Assembly: GCA_964019425.1 (NCBI GenBank)
Contig: OZ025795.1
Location: forward strand, 868,001 to 932,000
DNA length: 64,000 nucleotides
Direction of reading: 5' to 3'
Origin: Flectonema sp. DT1601
Taxonomy: Eukaryota
Shown: piece after piece, positions 32,936 through 44,139 of the stretch
Layout of the letters: every line of letters begins with the position of its first letter
How positions within the stretch are numbered: the first letter of the stretch is position 1
Notes under the pieces: generated by a model
Told to the model about the DNA's origin: nothing
Seen by the model: the letters and a program-made list of their open reading frames with translations, nothing else
Database searches by the model: none
Position numbers and translations under genes: made by a program

Positions 32936-33178
32936 ATATAGTGCTGTGTTTTTTGTTGGGAACTAATTTCAATTTCTTTTTTACAACGGGTAGCACAAAA
33001 AAAAAAAAAAAAAAAAAAAAGGATATTTTGCTGTTAAAAACAAAGAACTATAATAAAGATAATTGATTACATCCAAAAAAATATTAAAAAACATAACAAA
33101 AAATAACATCTAACAAAACTTATCTAGCACTGAATAACAAAGACAACAGAAGCTAAATGGTTCATAATGTCTGAAAGT

Positions 33179-34072
33179 TTATGGAAGGTCAATATGAATA
33201 CAAGTCGGTAAAGGTTTTGCAGATACTCTTCCAACGGCATGTGTATCTTGAGAAATTTGTTTTTTTGCAGACTTGTATAAGATATGAATTTCTCTGTCCA
33301 AACGGGTTCTAACTTCTTCAGTTGCTGCAAATGTAGAATCGTAGTTTCGAAGGTGATTGTCTATTTCAAACTTAGCAGCTTGTAAAGCAGATGCTAACTC
33401 AACTGCATCGGAACAAACTTTTCTAATCTCATCTCGAGAAGGTTGTATATCTGGTGGTGTTATTCGATTATAGACTTCAATAAGACATCCAAACCTCGCG
33501 ACATATCGAGTAGGGTCGAGTACTTCGTATTGATTTGTTGTAATATTTAAGTAAGTATTGCAATCCATTCCTTCTGTTACTTTAACATCACCCAAGTTAA
33601 CTTCATAAAGTGTGATGTGATGTTGACCTGGTGGTAGAACTACTGCTCCAGCAGGAAAGCAGTTAGCAGGGAAAGCTGAAGAGACGGTCGTTGGTCGAAA
33701 CATAAGAACGCTATCATGAGCGAATCTGTTTCTAAAGGAAGGATCCTTTTCATTTGATTCAGTCGCTGAAAGTAGGGAACACTCCCAACAATATTCCGAT
33801 ACAAGTTTTGATAGTTCCTTCCATTTTGGAGAATTTGTTTTCATCCGACTTTTACCTTCTCTTCTACACCATTCACTTTGTAATTTAGCTGCTTCAACAA
33901 CTTCGTATCCCATCTGTAGAGCTGTTTCAAATACGTCTTTATCTCGAGAGAGAACTCCATTCCATTCCTTTTCAAAATTCTCCCACAGCAAGACACTACC
34001 CTCGTCTGATTCAAAGCTATGTTGACCAGCCAATATCCCCTGCCACGACTGCGGAGTTTTTGAGAGCCACAT
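33179..34072 (-). CDS. Hypothetical protein (297 aa)
   Basis: Long ATG ORF on the cluster strand with globular composition. Confidence 0.7.
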   Translation of the reverse strand: MWLSKTPQSWQGILAGQHSFESDEGSVLLWENFEKEWNGVLSRDKDVFETALQMGYEVVEAAKLQSEWCRREGKSRMKTNSPKWKELSKLVSEYCWECSLLSATESNEKDPSFRNRFAHDSVLMFRPTTVSSAFPANCFPAGAVVLPPGQHHITLYEVNLGDVKVTEGMDCNTYLNITTNQYEVLDPTRYVARFGCLIEVYNRITPPDIQPSRDEIRKVCSDAVELASALQAAKFEIDNHLRNYDSTFAATEEVRTRLDREIHILYKSAKKQISQDTHAVGRVSAKPLPTCIHIDLP

Positions 34073-34236
34073 ATCAGTTTGGTACCTAGTTTTTTGAGAA
34101 AATTATAAGTCCGCCTACCTTTCTTTTATTAATATCACTTTCTAGACAGGGATCATAACCTATACTTTTTATTCCCCGTTTAGTTTTATTTTTTGTGCTT
34201 GACTCCACGAAAAACTCACAAAATCGGAGCCTTTTT

Positions 34237-34719
34237 CTACTCATTCTTGTCACCATAATGCTTTCTGTAATATGCTAATTCAGCTTCGAGGGAGGATTTC
34301 TCTAGTTTTATTCGATTGTAGTCAGTTGTGATTAATCGTATGCGACCATCAGTACTTGACAGTTCATGTTCTACATTATAAAGGCTATTAGCATAACTTA
34401 ATGTTGTTAGTGTCATGGCTGCTCCATAAACACAAGCAAAGAACAAAAAGGTTACTGTTTTAGAATATTGCTCCCACGGGAATCGTTCATACTCATCTGG
34501 TGTTCTGGGTGAAGCCTCAGGTGCCATTGTCCATCCATCTTTAGCCTCAGGCATTAAGTCATCAAGATACATCTCTTGTAGTCCTTTACACTCATTACGG
34601 ATTCTGTCTGTTCTGTAGGCGACATACTTCGAATTACCCCTTCCTTGCTTAGCACCAATTTCTCTACTTCTGGGAACTGACAGCCACCTGCACTGTCTGG
34701 TCATTATCGATAAAGTCAT
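34237..34719 (-). CDS. Small single-TM protein with C-terminal coiled coil, possibly mitochondrial (160 aa)
   Basis: Arg-rich N-terminus (MTLSIMTRQCRWLS), one hydrophobic helix, coiled-coil tail. Confidence 0.65.
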   Translation of the reverse strand: MTLSIMTRQCRWLSVPRSREIGAKQGRGNSKYVAYRTDRIRNECKGLQEMYLDDLMPEAKDGWTMAPEASPRTPDEYERFPWEQYSKTVTFLFFACVYGAAMTLTTLSYANSLYNVEHELSSTDGRIRLITTDYNRIKLEKSSLEAELAYYRKHYGDKNE

Positions 34720-34816
34720 AGTTGTGATTTTTGAGTTTTAATTTTCCCTCCCCCCCTTTTTTATTTTTGTTTTAAATGTAAATGTAGAACTTAAAATAAA
34801 ACTTTCAAACTGTCAT

Positions 34817-36127
34817 CTAAATTTTAATATAATCATTAAAAGGTATGCTGACTTCGTATTCGGGACTCGTTACGACAACATCAAGTATTGCATGCAAAAA
34901 ATGACATCTGTTATTCATTTCTTGAGTGTCACTTTTCAACTGAGAGTGCCGAATAGCACCAAGACATGACGCTAACGGAACATGCGAACACCACCACATA
35001 AAAGAACTCGATGTCAGAATCGAACTTAATCCACACAATACAAGCGCGGTAAGTACTCGAGTTCGGTTTATTAAATCAGTAGCATATCTCTGATGAAAAT
35101 AATATTCATCTATTTGTTTTGAATAAATTGGAGCTAAAGAAGATGATAATAACACAGCAGGGAGCAAATGATCAACAACTGACCCCCTATGACTGATGCC
35201 TGTCTTCATTATCGATGATAATAAGCTTTCAGAGGGTGAATCTTGAGGGTGGTATCCGTATGCAACTTGCAGTTTACTTTCTACTTGCAAGAGATGAATA
35301 ACAGAATGACATATTGTTTTGACAGGGATATGTGATCTGTGATCATATTCTGACTTAATTCTCCAAAGCACTGGATAGATTTCTGAGGTCAACATTGCCA
35401 CATACTTATTACTGACAGACTTAGAGATAGAAGAACCGACAGAGTTCTTTTTTTTAACTCTTTTGGATGTCAGTTCACTTCGTAACTCAGAAAGCTTATT
35501 AATTACTATTTCAGTTACCGAATTATTTAAATCATTTTCATGTAAAACGACAGACTCGATACCGTCATCCTTTAATACGGTAACATCAGCAGTGTTGTTT
35601 TTATTGTTATGTTGCGACTGTCCATCAGACACAATTTGTCGAAGAATAGATTGTAAATACACAGAAATTATATCTAATTTTGCTTCGTCTTCAAGCCATC
35701 GACTACAATTATTAAAAATTGCTTTTATAATCGGAAAAGATGGTTGTAAGAAAGAAACATTCAATTCACCAAAGCTCTCCGAAGGAAGCCTTCGTATGTT
35801 TTGTAACAGTTGCAGTACAGAAATCATATGAAGTGGAGAGATACATGACGAAATCGATTGTTTTTTTAGTATTATTAATTTATGATTAATATCGTGGCTT
35901 GTTGACAACTCCTGACACAGCCAGTTCATCAAATTTGGTGCCTTGAGAGAATCATCAGCATCTAACATGTTATAGCAATCTGCAACGGCAGAGAGATCTT
36001 GTTTATTTAATTGTTGAATTGTGTTGTCAGAGTATGTGTTTGACCATTCCAATGCAAGATTAATTTCATGTTGGCTACCACCAGATCTCTTTAAGTGCAA
36101 CAGTCTTCTTACAACACATATTCTCAT
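34817..36127 (-). CDS. Hypothetical protein (436 aa)
   Basis: Long ATG ORF; Arg-rich N-terminus. Confidence 0.65.
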   Translation of the reverse strand: MRICVVRRLLHLKRSGGSQHEINLALEWSNTYSDNTIQQLNKQDLSAVADCYNMLDADDSLKAPNLMNWLCQELSTSHDINHKLIILKKQSISSCISPLHMISVLQLLQNIRRLPSESFGELNVSFLQPSFPIIKAIFNNCSRWLEDEAKLDIISVYLQSILRQIVSDGQSQHNNKNNTADVTVLKDDGIESVVLHENDLNNSVTEIVINKLSELRSELTSKRVKKKNSVGSSISKSVSNKYVAMLTSEIYPVLWRIKSEYDHRSHIPVKTICHSVIHLLQVESKLQVAYGYHPQDSPSESLLSSIMKTGISHRGSVVDHLLPAVLLSSSLAPIYSKQIDEYYFHQRYATDLINRTRVLTALVLCGLSSILTSSSFMWWCSHVPLASCLGAIRHSQLKSDTQEMNNRCHFLHAILDVVVTSPEYEVSIPFNDYIKI

Positions 36128-36271
36128 TCAATAGTGTACATGGGAATATCGAACCTGGAATCTAATTGAAGTAGTCATTAAATCAAAGAAAAAGCCCTCT
36201 TGAGGAAGAATACAAGTAATCGATACGAATTGACTTACAAACAGAAGATTAGAAAGTTCAACGTCTCAAAT

Positions 36272-36530
36272 AAGAATTGACTTTATCTTAAAACTATGCA
36301 GAAAATAGTATGTCATGAAACCAGAATACTAGGCACCTCGACAACTGACCAGTCGAATTCCTGTGGGATATTTAGTTTCGACATTTCGTGAGTTTTTGTT
36401 TGTGTAACGAAACCCGTGAACCGACCTAAACTGATAAAGCTAAAGGAGGGTTACGTATGCTGCCCAAAATTTTTTTTCGTTCTTTACAACACTTGTCAAA
36501 TGCGAAAAAGAAAACAACAAACGATAATAG
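36272..36530 (+). repeat. Dispersed repeat family, internally deleted copy B
   Basis: TTATCTTAAAACTATGCAGAA...CCTCGACAA...GATATTTAGTTTCGACATT...AAACTGATAAAGCTAAAGGAGG shared with 21790-22574. Confidence 0.75.
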
Positions 36531-36809
36531 AATCATGGAATTCGCAAACAATGATGATTCCAAAAGAACAAGAAAAAAACAACTCCTACTACACTACTTG
36601 CGTGAGTTACTAGAGCCGATACAAAAAGATTTTAAATCGCTGGAAGCAGAAGATCGTTCTCGTAGTGGCCGAAGGCAAACCGGAGCTGAACGACTCTTCT
36701 CCTTGGCAACTAACATAATAAAGGTTAGGGAACTGATTGAACGAAACAATATAACAATACAGAAATAACAATCACCCATCATGTAACCTGACCATGAGAT
36801 GTTTTACGA

Positions 36810-38036
36810 TCAGCATTTCATGTAAGGGTTCAGTGAGATTTCTGGCATAGCAAGGTCTGGAATAGAGACTTGTCCTCTTAAGTTATCATGATAGGAAGGG
36901 CTGTCACACTGGTTTCCGTCTTTACCAACAGCAAACATAACTTCGCAATTAGATCTCCACTGTGGTTGTGGTGGTTTTGTAAACTTTAAACTAAACGACA
37001 AGATACCATTAGCTGAGGTAACTGATGGGCTTCTGATTGTCGTCCAATTCGAAGGGACTGGTGTTCCCACCCACTCAACAGCCTTCATCGCAGACACTCC
37101 ACACTTCTCAGATCCTAGAAGAATACTCGCGTGTTTCATTCCAGGGAATAAAGGATAAAATCCGATTGATGCCCATCCGTCTGTCTTCGCAGAAACCTTC
37201 ATTGACACTTCTTTAGTTCTGTTATCGAAGTTCCACTGCAACTTGAAATCTGTCTGGTTGTTAATTAAATAACAAAATTTGTAAGAAGACGACGAAGACG
37301 GCTTTCGGACGAGGTCAAGTGAACCCTTCGGTTTGATGTTCTGCTGCTGCTTTAGGAGTTTTTGAATCTCAGCAGGTGGGATGTTCTTCCCAAGTGAATT
37401 ATAATGTGGGTACTCAGCTGAGTTCCATCCGTAGTTGTAACGACCTGAGTTAATAAGTTGACAGGCTTTACGATCAGCGTAATCAACTCCCTGAGGATAT
37501 CCACCAGTTGGATTCTCTCCTTGAAAAGTAAACGTGACGTCAGCATGAACAGCTGGTGGGAACATAACTTGAATTCTAAATGACTCAACATGACTAGAGT
37601 TGGAACTTATGATGATAAACTTCCACTGAAAGGTGCTGCATCCACCAGCCTGGTCGTATGCACACCAAACCATCTGAGTTGAGTTTGAGGTATCTGACTG
37701 CCAAAGGTAGTCGTTTAGAACAGCTGCAGGTTTAGAGACGTCATTACTCATAAAGTGTCTGAGTAACCCACAGTACGTTACCATTGTTGGTGTTACTAAG
37801 AACTGTTGATGACTACCCATAATCATACCGTCTAAGAAGATGTCTTCCATGAGCCATATTCCTCTTTCTTTATCAACTGGTTGGATGCTCCAAATCATTG
37901 GAATTCCTTTCATCGGTCCAATCGGAGCGGTTGTCGGTTCACCGGCGTACCATCCTGTGAGCTTATCACTGAATTCAAATCCATTGATCGCAACTGAGCA
38001 AAGCAACAGCGATATCGCTTTCAGAGATCTGCTCAT
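36810..38036 (-). CDS. Secreted protein with C-terminal DOMON-like domain (408 aa)
   Basis: Signal peptide; DOMON signature FKLQWN...DGWASIGF...GMKHASILLG...VMFAVG...YH. Confidence 0.75.
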   Translation of the reverse strand: MSRSLKAISLLLCSVAINGFEFSDKLTGWYAGEPTTAPIGPMKGIPMIWSIQPVDKERGIWLMEDIFLDGMIMGSHQQFLVTPTMVTYCGLLRHFMSNDVSKPAAVLNDYLWQSDTSNSTQMVWCAYDQAGGCSTFQWKFIIISSNSSHVESFRIQVMFPPAVHADVTFTFQGENPTGGYPQGVDYADRKACQLINSGRYNYGWNSAEYPHYNSLGKNIPPAEIQKLLKQQQNIKPKGSLDLVRKPSSSSSYKFCYLINNQTDFKLQWNFDNRTKEVSMKVSAKTDGWASIGFYPLFPGMKHASILLGSEKCGVSAMKAVEWVGTPVPSNWTTIRSPSVTSANGILSFSLKFTKPPQPQWRSNCEVMFAVGKDGNQCDSPSYHDNLRGQVSIPDLAMPEISLNPYMKC

Positions 38037-38195
38037 CTTTCTTTTTATGTTTATGGCTGTAGTGAAATATAAAGATTAATAAAACTACTATAAAGAGAAA
38101 CACAATAGACTACGTGTGCTCCTGTTATACAAAACAACAGCAAACTGTAGTAGTCATACGTGTCGGTAGTCTGTTGTTGGTACACAACGTTCCTT

Positions 38196-41100
38196 TCACT
38201 GGAAATGACCTTCCCACGAGCTAACAACATCTATTGCCATTCCGAGTGAAATATTAAACGACGAAGAGGTCTCGTTATTTGGAGTTTTCAAAACTAAAAT
38301 TCTATGCGGAAAGTCTTCTTCATCAGCTTGCTGTTCATCACCAACATCAACATGTCGGCTTCGAGATTGTGGATACGACTTAATTGTGGGATTCCACGCT
38401 GACGGTGGTATGTCCCAAAGAGTTTTCCAAAGCAAGTCTTCAGAAGACAATGTTCTTGTTGCAGGATAGATACAGTCACTGAGATCTAATTTTGATTTTA
38501 ACATTCTGGAAAGAGATACCATTCCCACAGATGTCACAGTCTTTGTCTTCGCATCAAACACTACTATCCACCTCAGAATAGCACCACTACCCTCCCAAAC
38601 TGAAAATACATACACAGGAACATAAGGAAGCTTTACGTCAAAATCGTTATTTTTTTTTGCATACTGAATTATAAAGTCAGATAACACCTCTCTGGGTGAC
38701 ACACCGTCAGTGAATAACTTTTCTTCAGTCTCCTGTAGTATGATAATATGACAGTACTGAGAAGGTATGTTAATAATTCTTCCTTGTTTTGAGCTGTATT
38801 GTCGTGTGTACACTCGAGCAACCACATTATAGAACACGTCTTCCATAATGACCTTAACTGTTACGACAGAAACAGTCGCAGGGTTTTGATTACCAAAAAG
38901 AGATTCAGAAGAATACCGATGCTGTCTATTTAGAGACAAACAATAAACTCGATGCCAACTAGGTAGTGATGATCTGCTATAACACGTTGTTAGAGATTCA
39001 CATAAACAGAATGCTGCTTTTTGATTATAAAGAGCTGCTGTCAGCGCACTTGATGTACTAAACGCATCTAATATCACTGACACGATCATTCTCGATTTCA
39101 AAGACAATAAATTAATCAATGAAGGATCACTATTAAAACAGTTATTAATTATGTTATATCCTCTGATTTGTGTAAATAGAAAATTTTGAAGCACATCACA
39201 CTCTTCAGATACACTAGAAGATTCTTCATCTAGCAACCAATTACCATCATTGTCTTGACTATTGTCTATGACGGTACTGGGTAACTTAACAGAGAGGTAT
39301 TTATGACTGGAATCATCTTTCTTATCATCAACGACATCAGTGATAGTTTTATCACCGTTATCTAATGCGTGAAGTAGTCGTTCACATTTTTTAAAAAAGT
39401 CGATTTGAGATAGTTGGAGATTGTGTTCTCTGTTGATACTTGTACATGTGCTGTGGTCATCATCATCATCATCATCATCATCATCGTCAGTTTGTTTTAT
39501 ACGATGATGCAAGACACTGTATAACATCGAATATAGATCTGTCTGACTGCTGTTCATTAGGAAAAGTATCACGGCGGTCCAGTTACCCATCGCAATTGCT
39601 CTAAAAACACAGTTTTTTAACAAAGTATAAGTAACACAATCACTCTTTAGTGATTGTTTAATAATTAATTTTAAAATTGAAATATCATAACAACGATCGA
39701 TAACATCGAATAACACGTCTTCTAAAAAAGAAATTGTGAGGGACTTTATATCTTTAGAAATTAGAAGGTTTCCGAGGATGCTCCACGACTTATATTTATG
39801 ACATGATTCTATTAGTTTGTTAGAGTCTGTATTGATGTTTGATATTTCACATGCCGACATCACTTTATTAAACAGATCAACGTTACTGAACTCTATCGAA
39901 ACGATAATTATTTTTTTTAATAAGTTTTCAATGTCTGAAAATTGATCTTCAAAAACATTATTTATGTAGTATGATGACTCACGTTTTTTATCGGCTTTTG
40001 ACATAAATGGTTTGGGAGCAGTTGTTATATTTTCATAGAAATTACGCAACCGGAGGTGTTTATCAGCTGAAAGTTGAGCATAAGCTAACGACGTTGTTTT
40101 TAAATAATACACGAGGATTTGATTAGTCAGAAATTGTAGTATGCGTTGAGAACGATTCCTCAAAGCAGATGATATCACGTCAATGAGCTGTGATTGAAAT
40201 TCGCGAGACAATGATTTTATTAATATTATATTCTTAAATAGTTGTAAATCATCATTTTTAACTACGCTGCTTAACAACGATTCAAGATCACTTACGCAAA
40301 AATCCAATCTAAACTTCCACAGTAATTTACTTATAAACTGACGTGTCATAATCGAATTATTTTCGCTGCTGTTGTTCACAAATGACTCGACTAACATACC
40401 CAAAAGACAATAGTTTTTATTATTTATTACCATTTGCAACAGTTGTTTATTCCTACATCTTAATGCAATGAGTGCAGTTACCGAATATAAGTCAAACTTA
40501 ACACACGAAATAAGCGATAAGTCCGTAATGTGTTTGAGATGAAGTAGAGGAGGAGGATAGCTAACAACTAGTGAGGGAGATACAGAGACACCAACATATA
40601 AAAAGAATAAACCGAGCTGTTGATGGTTTGTTTCAGCTGATTCAATCAGACTTATAAGATTGCTTTTGGATATGAATGAGATTATCTTTTGCCAAATTTC
40701 AAAAAACATCATTTTATTATATTTTTTACCAGACGAATGCCTTGAAAATAATAATTTTGACGCGGCAATAGAAGCATCAGGAACCGTAACTCGATTACTT
40801 CTGAAAGACGGCATTGCGATGTTTGACGAAACAAGAATTGGATTTCCCTTGATAGGCTTACCCACAACTAAGACGTCTTCATGAAGTGATATTTTTAAAC
40901 CATCAGATGAAAGCTGCAGTGGAATCTGATAATCGAGATGGTTTATGATTGCCAAGTCTTTTCTTCCAGAACTATTTTTCATGTATTCTGTTTTCACAGC
41001 TGCTTTGCAAGCTGCAATAGGTGACATTGACAATATCTCTCTGGATATGCTTGACTCAAATTCAACATCGTTTAGAGAAAAGTCGGTGTTCGTATTTAGG

Positions 41101-41234
41101 ATGATTAATATCTTTGTTATTGAAAGAAAATCGTTGTTCTGTTTCAGGCATTTCAATGATTTTTGTAAAATTGGTTGTTGACTTGCTCTAATTGCAACCA
41201 CCACATACGGTACTGAGAGTAGCAGTTGCAGTCC

Positions 41235-41268
<34 letters not shown>

Positions 41269-42240
41269 CGCCGAAGCGAAGATGCCGGGAAGAAACCACA
41301 TGCTAGTACAGTTCTTTTACTTTTCTTTGTCTGCTGGAATTCTATCTGAGAAAACCGGTAGTCTTTAAAATTGTAAGCCAATTTTTTTTTTTTTTTTTTT
41401 TTCAAATTCTTGTCACGCATTATTCAGTTTGCAGCAAAAAAAAAAAATAAATAAAACATAAAACATACCAACAATGTTATGCTCTTCTAGGTTAAAAATG
41501 AATGCTTTTTCCGCAGGATAGGATTCCACAGGACAGCACTCCAAAACACATTTAATTGACTCTACGAAAGTAAAAAAAGCAATTCGTGAATTCCATTCAA
41601 TCAGTTCAGGTGCTGTACGATGCCAATACAATAAAGCCTTTGGAGAATCTGATAGTAAGTGAGCTGGGAATCGTCTTCCAATTAATGAGAGTTGTCGAGA
41701 GAACGACTCAGACACGACACCCGTTGAAATGATAAGACGGACCAGTCTAATTGAAAGCTGATCAGTGAGAGAAGAACCAAATTTTTCGAATATTTGATTC
41801 AAAAAATTATATCTTTTATGTAAACACGCATATTCCAATGGAGAAATCCCATACACATCGGGTGTAACAACGTCTTTGAGAACGATCGACTTATCGATTA
41901 CCTTATTATTATAAGCCATTGAATGAGCATTGTTTCGATTTGTAAAGTTACTGTGGTAGCATATTTCTGATCGAGAATTGATAAGAAGAAGTCGGTGGTC
42001 GTGATGTTTCAAAGTTTCGCCTCTCATCCATCGCCTATGAGGTAATGCTACTTTAGATACAACTACTTCGTGTTCCCTCTGCAGTCGGATCCCTTGTAAG
42101 TTTTTATCTAAAAAAACGAATTGAAAAGTTTCAATATTCAATAGCAACCTTACTTCAAGGAGGGTACTATTCGTTGAAATTTCATCGTTTTGTAACACCT
42201 CACCAGTGGAGATATCGTGTAAATGCACCGAGACTCCCAT
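38196..42240 (-). CDS. Large hypothetical protein with ankyrin-like helical repeats, at least 2 exons
   Basis: GT-AG intron 41234-41468 joins the two ORFs in frame (..HNIVG-LQLLL..); YGISPLEYAC ankyrin-like motif. Confidence 0.65.
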
Positions 42241-42416
42241 CTTTAAAGAAGGTCATGAAATTGACATTTTTTATTATTACTTTACTCCAAAGGACCTGTT
42301 GTGTAAAAAGTATACTTCAAGAGGCGATTCCTATTAAGTACTACTAGGTTACTTGGTACTGTTGTTTACCTGTGTTGAAAATAGGTTTATAACTCAACTA
42401 TGGAGATCCGATCAAT

Positions 42417-42745
42417 TTTGTTTTTTTGTTCTTTTTGTTCTTTTTGTTTATTCAATTTCTTTCGTTTTCGTTTTTTTTTTTTTTTTTTTGTTTTTTTTTA
42501 CCACACAAATTCCACGACTCTGTTTTTTTTTTTGTTTTTATTTTTTTTGTTTTTTTTGCTTTTTTTTACTTTTTTTTTTTTTTTTTTTAATAAGAGTTCC
42601 ATTCTCACTTCAGTTTATTTTTTAAAAGGATTGCTTCGACTACATCCCAATAATGGAATTGAATTATCAATTTGTTTATTAGTTGTTGTTTTTTTTTTTT
42701 GTTTTTTTCCTGTTTTTGATTTTTTTTTTTTTTTTTTTTTTGTTT
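42417..42745. repeat. Very T-rich low-complexity tract
   Basis: Runs of T interrupted by single G/C/A over ~330 bp. Confidence 0.85.
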
Positions 42746-44139
42746 CCTACTTGTGAGGGGTAGAGCATAAAATGCGAAACCGTAAAGTATGACATAAAAA
42801 ACAAATTAACCTAAAACATTCTTACCTTCGACAAAAGAAACAGAAAGTAATCAGTCGTCTACTTTAATCAATTGCATCTTTCGCCCTCATTCGTTGTATT
42901 ATTTTAAATTGCACCGTAGGCACACTTCTGAACAATAACATTAAACAATATGCTAACAGCTTCAATCTTATATTTCATTTCAATTTTTTTTTTTTTTTTT
43001 TCTTCTCCCACCCAAAATCCAAGGCCAATAATTAAAAAAAAACATAAAAAACACGATATTCGCACAAAGAGAAATTGCAAGGATTTTCTTCGTTGTGGGA
43101 AAAAGACGGGTGACGAGAAACGACAAATATACGTGTGGCCGTATGGTCAACGCAAATAAAACGGGGAACGAGAAAGAACTGAAATAATAAATAAATACTC
43201 TACCAAGCGCCGTGTGCTCTAAGGGGAAAAAAAGGGTAAAATTCATTCGCGAAGTAGACCTTAGCAGTTACTACCACTAAAAAAAAAAAAAGGGAAGAAA
43301 AGAACAAAAAGAGAAGGTTTGATGCGTGTTAGGTAAAGTGAGAGACTCCTCTCTTTTTTCCTCATTCTTCCTTTTTTTTTTTTCGTAGTTTCATCCTGAC
43401 CATATTTCAAGGTAAAATAAACCAGCTGCGTTTGTTGTCTTGCATCACCAAAGAAAACTGAGTCTCTCTTCGAGAGATAACAATCACAACAACAACAGAT
43501 TTAATGCGAACAACGAGATCTCTCCAGCATGGTAATACGTTCTAACTGGTCAATTTATTTATTATCGTTTCTTTTTTTTTTTTTTTTTTTAAAGAATCCC
43601 CCACGTCTCTTAATTCGTTTTGTGAATTTACTGACTTTGTCAACGGGAAGAAATGATGGAAGAAATATAATTTAAAAAAAAAAAAAAAAACGATTTTTGT
43701 CAAGAAGAAAACAACGAATAAACTAAAATACGAGTGATTTTAGAGCGTAGCAGCTGTGCAATGAGCATCGGGAGAATAAGAGGTTTCAGGGGTACGTACA
43801 GTGAACATCACTAAAGACAAAATGAAAAAGAGCGTAACGAAAAGAAAATAAACAAACAAGCTCAGAACTACAACAGAATAGCAGGCAGCGTGTGGTTTCT
43901 TATAAGACACACCCACATACTGAGGTTAGGATAATAATAACGTTGAAAGACCGAATACACAAATATACGATATCAGAAATAAGGACACATCGGCTTCTGC
44001 GCAGGAAACGATGTTCGTCTGCAGCCTCTGTCATCTGACCACTCCCCTTGTCACTGATCGGTCATTTCCTGTAGAGACACAGAAAGCTATTGACCTTGTA
44101 GGTACTAGTGATTCACCTCTTTGAGATAGAGACTACTTT

